Below, piece after piece: positions 57,384 through 64,000 of a stretch of DNA of 64,000 bases. The position numbers were made by a program, and so were the translations under genes. The notes under the pieces were generated by a model that saw nothing but the letters and a program-made list of their open reading frames with translations, had not been told where the DNA came from and made no database searches. How positions within the stretch are numbered: position 1 is the stretch's first letter; every line of letters begins with the position of its first letter. The DNA is from Mizugakiibacter sp. (GTDB lineage Bacteria; Pseudomonadota; Gammaproteobacteria; Xanthomonadales; Rhodanobacteraceae): positions 1,322 through 65,321 of the forward strand of contig QILI01000111.1 in assembly GCA_003233305.1 (NCBI GenBank), given 5' to 3'.

Positions 57384-57411
57384 TGTGTTAGCCGACAAAG
57401 TGTTAAATAGG

Positions 57412-58830
57412 TCAATAGGCAAATTCTTGAAATAGTGGGTCTACCGAGCCTTGCCAGGCTCCATGGAACAGGGCGAGCTTGTGTTCTGCCGGGGTTTCAT
57501 TGGCCTGGGCGATTTCCATTAGCGGTTCGAGGAAACTGGCTTCGTCGGCACCGCCGGAACTCAGCCGGGCTCGGCGCTGCAGTCCGTGGGCGGAGATTTC
57601 CAGAACCCGCAGTGCCAGGTCGCGTACTGTGCCGTTGCCGAAGGGTAGTTGCAGAGCCCGCACGGGTACCTGATCCCGCAGCCGGTGTCGATCTTCCCGG
57701 CTGAAAGTACGCACCAGGTCCCATGCTGCGTCCAGAGCGGTGCTGTCGTAGAGCAGGCCGGTCCAGAGTGCGGGCAGTGCACAGATACGGTTCCAGGGGC
57801 CGCCATCGGCGCCGCGCATTTCAAGAAAACGCTTCAGCCGTACTTCAGGAAAAACCGTGGTCAGGTGATCGTCGAAATCCCGTTGGGTGGGTCGCTCGCC
57901 AGGCAGGGCGGGTAAACGACCATCAAGAAAATCAGCAAAGCTCTGCCCGGCACAGTCTATGTAACGGCCGTCACGGAGAATGAAGTACATGGGTACGTCG
58001 AGCATGTAGTCGATATAGCGCTGATAACCGAAACCATCTTCAAACACGAAGTCGAGCATACCTGTGCGATCCGGATCGGTATCGCTCCAGACCATCGAGC
58101 GGAAGCTCAGGGCGCCGTTGGCACGACCTTCGGTGAATGGGGAGTCGGCGAACAGGGCGGTCGCAACCGGTTGCAGGGCGAGTGCAACCCGAAACTTCTT
58201 GACCATGTCCGCTTCGCTGGCAAAGTCGAGGTTGGTCTGGATCGTGCAAGTGCGGGTCATCATGTCCAGCCCCAATTGGCCGCGGGTAGGCATGTACCGA
58301 CGCATGATGGCGTAGCGCCCTTTGGGCATCCAGGGAATATCTTCGCGGCGCCACTTGGGCTGAAAGCCCATGCCCAGAAAGCCCAGCCCGAGTTGTTCGG
58401 CAATCGCCCGGACCTCCCGCAGGTGCTCACTCACTTCGTTGCAGGTGGCGTGGACGTCCTCCAGTGGAGCGCCCGACAGTTCCAATTGGCCACCGGGTTC
58501 GAGAGAAATGGATGCCTCCTTGCGTTGCAGGGCAATGGGTTGGTCAGCTTCCAGAATCAATGTCCAGTCGAAGCGTTTGGCCAGCCCTTCGAGCATGGCA
58601 CGGATGCCAGCAGGGCCGGCATAGGGGGGCGGTCGCAAATCATCCAGGCGGAAGCCGAACTTTTCATGTTCGGTACCGATACGCCAGTTGGTAGCCGGTT
58701 TTTCACCACTGGCCAGATACGCAGTCAGATCGCGCCGCTGTTCAATAGGTTGGTCGGGCGCATGGCTGGGTATCGACACGGCGAGTCTCCGCGAAAAAGA
58801 GGACATGGGGGTGGGCGAACCGATCTGCAA
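57412..58830 (-). CDS. gshA: Glutamate-cysteine ligase, plant/alphaproteobacterial type (GCS2)
   Basis: '[12 protein letters not shown]', '[14 protein letters not shown]', '[18 protein letters not shown]'. Confidence 0.85.
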   Translation of the reverse strand: MQIGSPTPMSSFSRRLAVSIPSHAPDQPIEQRRDLTAYLASGEKPATNWRIGTEHEKFGFRLDDLRPPPYAGPAGIRAMLEGLAKRFDWTLILEADQPIALQRKEASISLEPGGQLELSGAPLEDVHATCNEVSEHLREVRAIAEQLGLGFLGMGFQPKWRREDIPWMPKGRYAIMRRYMPTRGQLGLDMMTRTCTIQTNLDFASEADMVKKFRVALALQPVATALFADSPFTEGRANGALSFRSMVWSDTDPDRTGMLDFVFEDGFGYQRYIDYMLDVPMYFILRDGRYIDCAGQSFADFLDGRLPALPGERPTQRDFDDHLTTVFPEVRLKRFLEMRGADGGPWNRICALPALWTGLLYDSTALDAAWDLVRTFSREDRHRLRDQVPVRALQLPFGNGTVRDLALRVLEISAHGLQRRARLSSGGADEASFLEPLMEIAQANETPAEHKLALFHGAWQGSVDPLFQEFAY

Positions 58831-58842
58831 GGAGGACCGTGC

Positions 58843-59427
58843 TCAGTCGGGGTGTACGGCCGCGACCGAACGGGCATCCTCATGGCAGGGAGGCGTACCG
58901 CGGATGGCCGGTAATACATCCTGGGGCTGGGCGACCCGCTGCCACATACCAGCATGTTCGGGGTTCATGAAATGCTCGTCAATGCTGTGTTGCAGATATT
59001 CGGTCAATGGCGTGAAATAGCTGCGGGTATCGAGCAGGATAATGGGTTGGAAATACAGACCCAGTCGTTTCAGAGTAATCACTTCGAACAACTCCTCAAG
59101 GGTGCCGCAGCCACCAGGTAAGGCGACCACCGCATCGGAATCCAGCAACATTTGCTGTTTACGCTCGCGCATGCTCTCCACCCGTTGCAGACAAGTCAGG
59201 CCGGAATGTCCCCACTCCAGCTCATCCATGAAACGAGGCAGGATGCCGGTGATTTCACCGCCAGCTTGCAGGGCTCCGTCGGCCAGTGCTCCCATTGAGC
59301 CGCTGCCGCCACCGCCGTAGACAATATGACATCCGGCTTCGGCCAACAGAATACCCAGACTTCGGGCGGCCTGTCGGTATTCTGGATCGGCATGCTGACT
59401 GGACGCGCAGTACACACAAATGCGCAT
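58843..59427 (-). CDS. LOG-family (TIGR00730) nucleotide phosphoribohydrolase
   Basis: 'VYGGGGSGSMGALA' and 'LPGGCGTLEELFE' LOG motifs. Internal start MRICVYC. Confidence 0.85.
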   Translation of the reverse strand: MRICVYCASSQHADPEYRQAARSLGILLAEAGCHIVYGGGGSGSMGALADGALQAGGEITGILPRFMDELEWGHSGLTCLQRVESMRERKQQMLLDSDAVVALPGGCGTLEELFEVITLKRLGLYFQPIILLDTRSYFTPLTEYLQHSIDEHFMNPEHAGMWQRVAQPQDVLPAIRGTPPCHEDARSVAAVHPD

Positions 59428-59468
59428 GAAAAGGTTCCCTATACAAATTGGCACTCGGCTAAGTGAGC

Positions 59469-60020
59469 CTATTGTAAGCGGGATGGGGCTTGCAGAAGAG
59501 TGACGTGATCGCGGCGTGCGGGTGTGTTGCGGGAATAGCCTCTGAGCAAGCACGCCAGATCCATCGGCCTGCTAGCATTGCATAGCGTTGGGTTCAGTTC
59601 ACTCAGGGCGCGTACCAGCACGGTAAAGGCGGAGGCCAGATGACCATACAGTTCGGCCAGTGCATCGCGGGCCTGCTCGGCTCGGCAACGGTAGGCGGCA
59701 ATCCCGAGCTGCAGGAAATAGCTGGCCGATACATGGCGCCGCTGCATTTGCCCGGGAAACAGACCCGCAATCAACAGGCACCGATCGCCGGTTTCACCCA
59801 AGGCCCGTTCTCGTTGGCGTCCACCCAGCAGCAGGGCATCAAGGAAGTCCAGCGCCAGCAGCCGGGAAATCATGCCGGCATCCCGAAGATGGCGCATCAG
59901 GGTGAATACCAAATAGCTTTCCAGTTCCTCGTCCAGCACAATCCTGGCGCTCCGCGCTGCGTCGCGTACCAGGTTCTGCCATAGCGCCGTCGATGTTGCG
60001 TTCGAAATAATCCGGGTCAT
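59469..60020 (-). CDS. Hypothetical protein
   Basis: 183-aa ORF in a coding-like frame between rho and the LOG gene. No family recognised. Confidence 0.4.
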   Translation of the reverse strand: MTRIISNATSTALWQNLVRDAARSARIVLDEELESYLVFTLMRHLRDAGMISRLLALDFLDALLLGGRQRERALGETGDRCLLIAGLFPGQMQRRHVSASYFLQLGIAAYRCRAEQARDALAELYGHLASAFTVLVRALSELNPTLCNASRPMDLACLLRGYSRNTPARRDHVTLLQAPSRLQ

Positions 60021-60093
60021 GGAGCGCCTCCTGAAAAGGCTCTGCTATATGACCTTGTATCGGCATCGATCGCAAATAGCAAAGTGCTGGATA

Positions 60094-60123
60094 GAAAAAC
60101 GGGCCCACCTGGCAGATGGACCC
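60094..60123 (-). terminator. Possible Rho-independent terminator after rho
   Basis: On the minus strand: GGGTCCA-TCTGCCAGG-TGGGCCC followed by GTTTTTCT. Confidence 0.45.
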
Positions 60124-60150
60124 GTAGAGATGGAGTTCGCTAAGTGATAC

Positions 60151-61809
60151 TCAGCGACGCATTGCGCCAAAGAACTCGTCGTTGGTTTTGGTGTTCTTCA
60201 TCTTGTCCAACATGAATTCCATGGCGGCCAGTTCATCCATAGGATGCAGCAGCTTGCGCAGAATCCAGATCTTTTGCAGCAGGTTCGGATCAATCAGCAG
60301 ATCCTCCCGGCGGGTGCCCGAGCGGTTGATGTCGATAGCTGGATAGACACGTTTTTCGGCAATGCGACGATTCAGGTGCACTTCCATATTACCGGTGCCC
60401 TTGAACTCTTCGTAGATCACCTCGTCCATTTTCGAGCCGGTATCGATCAGTGCGGTGGCAAGAATGGTGAGGCTGCCGCCTTCCTCGACATTGCGTGCAG
60501 CACCGAAGAAGCGTTTGGGCCGCTGCAGGGCATTGGCATCCACCCCACCGGTAAGCACCTTGCCGGAGCTGGGGACCACGGTATTGTAGGCTCGCGCCAG
60601 ACGGGTAATCGAATCGAGCAGGATGATCACGTCTCTCTTGTGTTCAACCAGGCGTTTGGCGCGCTCGATAACCATTTCCGCAACCTGCACGTGGCGTACC
60701 GCAGGTTCATCGAAGGTTGAGCTGATGACCTCGGCACGCACTGAGCGGGCCATTTCGGTTACCTCTTCCGGCCGTTCGTCGATCAGCAGAATGATCAAGT
60801 GTGCTTCGGGATGGTTGTAAACCAGAGACTGGGCAATGTTCTGCAACATCATCGTCTTGCCGGCTTTCGGTGGCGATACGATCAACCCGCGCTGACCCTT
60901 GCCTACTGGAGCGGCCATGTCGAGGATGCGTGGAGTGATGTCCTCGCTCGAACCGTTGCCACGCTCAAGATGAAAAGCGGCCCGTGGAAACAGGGGAGTC
61001 AGATCCTCAAACGGAGTTTTGTTCTTGGAGACTTCCGGCGGCTCGCCATTGATGTCGTCAACCTTGAGCATGGCAAAGTAGCGCTCACCTTCTTTCGGTG
61101 AACGCACCAAGCCGGTGATGTAGTCACCGGTACGCAGGTTGAAGCGGCGAATCTGGCTGGGACTGACATACAAATCGTCGGGTCCGGCCAGATAGGATTC
61201 GTCGGCGGAACGCAGGAAACCAAAGCCATCTTGCAGGATCTCCAGAACCCCTTCACTCCAGACGATGCCGCCGTTGCGGGCGTGCGCCTTGAGGATGGCG
61301 AAGATCACTTCCTGCTTGCGGGCCCTGGCCACACCTTCATGGATGCTGAGTGACTCGGCCATTTCCAGTAAGGCGATGGCAGGCATCCGCTTAAGTTCGG
61401 TGAGGTTGATCAGCTTATCGGGATCGCGGGTCGTCTCGACGTACTCTTCATCGTCATCACGGGGCAGGCCGGCGTGGCGTGAGGTCGGGCGGTCAGGACG
61501 ATTGCGGCGTCGGCCGTGGCGCGCGTTACGGCCGCCATCACGGTTTTCACGTGGCCCGCGTCGCTCTTTCTTGCCATTGTCCCGGCTGCTGCTGCCATTG
61601 GAGTCACCGTCACTCGGCGGTGGCGGTGGCGGTGGCGGTGGTTCGGTAGCGGACCGGCTATTCACAGCAGTCTCTTTGCTGGGGGCAGCTGTGGAGGCGT
61701 CCTTCGACGTATCTGCAGGCGTTGCCTTGGTGGTTTCTTTGGATGATACCTTGGGGGTATCAGACGGGCTGGAAGCCTCGTCGCTGGTTTTGACGTCGTT
61801 CTCGGACAC
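60151..61809 (-). CDS. rho: Transcription termination factor Rho with ~130-150 aa disordered N-terminal extension
   Basis: The core from '[22 protein letters not shown]' onward is collinear with 419-aa E. coli Rho ('[15 protein letters not shown]', 'LIDERPEEV'). Start uncertain: GTG 61809 (GAGG RBS) or TTG 61869. Confidence 0.9.
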   Translation of the reverse strand: MSENDVKTSDEASSPSDTPKVSSKETTKATPADTSKDASTAAPSKETAVNSRSATEPPPPPPPPPSDGDSNGSSSRDNGKKERRGPRENRDGGRNARHGRRRNRPDRPTSRHAGLPRDDDEEYVETTRDPDKLINLTELKRMPAIALLEMAESLSIHEGVARARKQEVIFAILKAHARNGGIVWSEGVLEILQDGFGFLRSADESYLAGPDDLYVSPSQIRRFNLRTGDYITGLVRSPKEGERYFAMLKVDDINGEPPEVSKNKTPFEDLTPLFPRAAFHLERGNGSSEDITPRILDMAAPVGKGQRGLIVSPPKAGKTMMLQNIAQSLVYNHPEAHLIILLIDERPEEVTEMARSVRAEVISSTFDEPAVRHVQVAEMVIERAKRLVEHKRDVIILLDSITRLARAYNTVVPSSGKVLTGGVDANALQRPKRFFGAARNVEEGGSLTILATALIDTGSKMDEVIYEEFKGTGNMEVHLNRRIAEKRVYPAIDINRSGTRREDLLIDPNLLQKIWILRKLLHPMDELAAMEFMLDKMKNTKTNDEFFGAMRR

Positions 61810-61955
61810 GGGAGGGCCTCGTTGGGGCCGGAGGGAATGGGAATTGCGCTGTTGCGCAGCAAACTGCAAGCGGTGCCGTGACGGCCCGCCGAATAGCTGA
61901 ATCTATCACCAAGCTGTCGCCGCGTCTACGCGGACACGGCAACAGTGCATGAATA

Positions 61956-62282
61956 CTACAGGGCCTGCTCAAGCATCTTGTTGATGACACCCTTGGATAC
62001 GGCACCCAATTGGGTGGCAACAACATTGCCTGCCTTGAAAACCATCAGGGTCGGAATGCTGCGAATATTGTAGTGGATAGCAGTCTTCTGGTTGCTGTCT
62101 ACATCGAGCTTGGCCACCTTCACCTTGCCGGCGAATTCATGGGCGAGTTCTTCGACCATGGGGGCAATAGCCCGGCAGGGGCCACACCATGCGGCCCAGA
62201 AGTCGACCAGGACCGGTAACTCGGATTTAAGTACTTCATTTTCAAAATCAGCATCGGCTACGTGTGTGATCAGTTCGCTCAC
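61956..62282 (-). CDS. trxA: Thioredoxin 1
   Basis: 108 aa, 'VLVDFWAAWCGPCRAIAP'. Confidence 0.95.
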   Translation of the reverse strand: MSELITHVADADFENEVLKSELPVLVDFWAAWCGPCRAIAPMVEELAHEFAGKVKVAKLDVDSNQKTAIHYNIRSIPTLMVFKAGNVVATQLGAVSKGVINKMLEQAL

Positions 62283-62461
62283 CGTAATACTCCGGATGGG
62301 AAAAATAGGGACAGATAGGGTACTGCGTGCCGGCTTAGGCTACACTTAGAGTTTGCCATGGCACAATCTGGCACCGACCGGCAGCTACGCCGATATTCCA
62401 TCGTATTACCGAACATGATTCAAGGGTGGGCTCGCCATCGCCATGTTCGGGGACCCCGTTT

Positions 62462-64000
62462 ATGGCCGATACAGTACTCACCGACACCTTCTTTGAACAG
62501 TTTGAACTTCATCCCCTTTTACAGCAGGGGATCGCCCATTGCGGCTTTACCCGATGCACCCCGATCCAGGCACTAACTCTGCCAGTCGCCCTCACCGGTC
62601 GTGATGTGGCCGGGCAGGCCCAGACCGGCACCGGCAAGACCGCAGCCTTTCTGGTGACCACCTTCAATCGCTTGCTGACCGAAACGGCCAAGGCGGCCCG
62701 TCGTCCGCAGGATCCGCGAGCACTGGTCATCGCCCCGACCCGGGAGCTGGCGATTCAGATCGACAAGGATGCGCGGGCCATGGGTAGCGACCTTGGGCTG
62801 CGTATCGCCTTGATCTATGGCGGCGTGGATTACGAACGGCAACGGCAGATGCTCAAGGGGGGGTGCGACATCATCATTGCCACGCCCGGCCGCCTGATCG
62901 ATTACTTCAAGCAGCATCTGTTCACACTCAATGCCGTTGAGGTGATGGTCGTGGACGAGGCCGATCGAATGTTCGACCTCGGTTTTATCAAGGATATCTA
63001 TTTTCTGTTTCGACGCCTGCCGCCACGTGGGGAAAGGCAAAGCCTGTTGTTCTCGGCCACCCTCAGCCATCGGGTGCTGGAGCTGGCTTATGAGCACATG
63101 AACGAGCCGGAAAAGATCGTGGTCGAAAGTGAACACATCACGGCTGACCGGGTTCGGCAACGCGTCTATTATCCGGCCAGGGAAGAGAAAATTCCGCTAC
63201 TTTTAAATCTCCTGGAACGTTCCGCTACCGAACGCAGTATCGTTTTTGTCAACACGCGGGCCGCCGTCGAACGGGTCGGCAACCATCTTTCCCGACATGG
63301 TTTCAGTGTGGCGGCACTCTCGGGCGATGTGCCACAAAAGAAGCGCGAGCGCCTGCTGACCCGGTTCCAAAGCGGTGAGGTGGAGATATTGGTGGCTACG
63401 GATGTGGCGGCTCGAGGTCTGCACATTCCCGATGTGAGCCACGTCTATAATTATGATCTGCCCCAGGATGCTGAGGATTATGTGCACCGGATCGGCCGTA
63501 CCGCGCGCCTGGGTGCGGAAGGCGATGCGGTCAGCTTTGCCTGCGATCGGTACGCGATGGGCTTGCCCGATATCGAAACCTTTATCGGCCAGAAAATCCC
63601 CATGGAACCGATCACCGAGGATCTACTGGTCACTCCACCACCCCGGCCACGCCCGCAGCCGGTTGCGGCAAGCAAACGAAACTCTGCAGCGGAGACGACC
63701 CATCAAGCAGATGCGCCGAAAAAGCCACGTCGCCGCCGTTCGCGCAAGCCGCGTGCGGAGTCGGTAACATCACAATCATCTGCCCCTGCTACGGGAACAT
63801 CGCCGACCACCGAGTCGGCAGCTGCGGCCAGCCCCGCAGTGCAGGAAGGTGCCGCGCCTGCCAGAAACCAAGCACAGCAGGCATCCGCAGCCCAACGGCC
63901 CAGCCAGGATTCGGCATCACGCTCCAGGCGTGGCCGTCGCGGTCGTGGCGGTCGCGGCCGTGGAGCAAAGTCTGCTGCGAATACCCATGCTCCGTTGGCG
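62462..64000 (+). CDS. rhlB: ATP-dependent DEAD-box RNA helicase RhlB (3' end beyond the window)
   Basis: Not in the ORF track because there is no stop within the window. '[35 protein letters not shown]', 'VVDEADRM', 'FSATL', 'HRIGRTAR'. Arg/Gly-rich C-terminal tail. Open frame runs to nt 64000. Confidence 0.9.
   Translation, partial: MADTVLTDTFFEQFELHPLLQQGIAHCGFTRCTPIQALTLPVALTGRDVAGQAQTGTGKTAAFLVTTFNRLLTETAKAARRPQDPRALVIAPTRELAIQIDKDARAMGSDLGLRIALIYGGVDYERQRQMLKGGCDIIIATPGRLIDYFKQHLFTLNAVEVMVVDEADRMFDLGFIKDIYFLFRRLPPRGERQSLLFSATLSHRVLELAYEHMNEPEKIVVESEHITADRVRQRVYYPAREEKIPLLLNLLERSATERSIVFVNTRAAVERVGNHLSRHGFSVAALSGDVPQKKRERLLTRFQSGEVEILVATDVAARGLHIPDVSHVYNYDLPQDAEDYVHRIGRTARLGAEGDAVSFACDRYAMGLPDIETFIGQKIPMEPITEDLLVTPPPRPRPQPVAASKRNSAAETTHQADAPKKPRRRRSRKPRAESVTSQSSAPATGTSPTTESAAAASPAVQEGAAPARNQAQQASAAQRPSQDSASRSRRGRRGRGGRGRGAKSAANTHAPLA

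Overview
This is a GC-rich, gene-dense chromosomal segment with gammaproteobacterial-type content and synteny: rhlB / trxA-rho, birA-coaX-SPOR, gcvT-gcvH-gcvPA and metX-metB-hom. I support about 49 protein genes, one tRNA-Thr(UGU), one SAM-I riboswitch, several candidate operators and two families of intergenic repeats. Most genes are ordinary housekeeping or metabolism: nrdJ, ETF-QO, amidase, AlkB-like, glycine cleavage, GMC oxidoreductase, pckG, fadE, prfC, sdaA, arginase, plant-type gshA, LOG, and c-di-GMP enzymes. I saw no integrase, transposase, CRISPR/cas, prophage or recognisable defence genes. Six things stand out. (1) A 284-aa ORF (15603-16457) has a clear MetJ methionine-repressor core in its first ~78 aa. 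This is fused in frame to a ~205-aa Lys-rich histone-H1/AlgP-like tail, and two tandem metboxes (AGACGTCC AGACGTCT) lie upstream. (2) The metX-metB-hom operon carries tandem metboxes at its promoter and a canonical SAM-I riboswitch in its leader, so two SAM sensors appear stacked on one operon. (3) A TonB-dependent receptor is followed by three tandem paralogous TPR+sulfotransferase genes. (4) Rho carries a ~130-150 aa disordered N-terminal extension with a Pro9 run encoded by a hexanucleotide repeat. (5) A 140-150 bp MITE-like element with ~17-bp terminal inverted repeats occurs five times in intergenic regions. (6) REP-like palindromic units (GTCATTCCCGCGCAGGCGGGAATCC ... ATCCCGGGTCTGCGCCCGGGAT) occur at four loci, including a 3 x 134-bp tandem array. 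All functional calls rest on motif and sequence recognition by eye; no database search was run.
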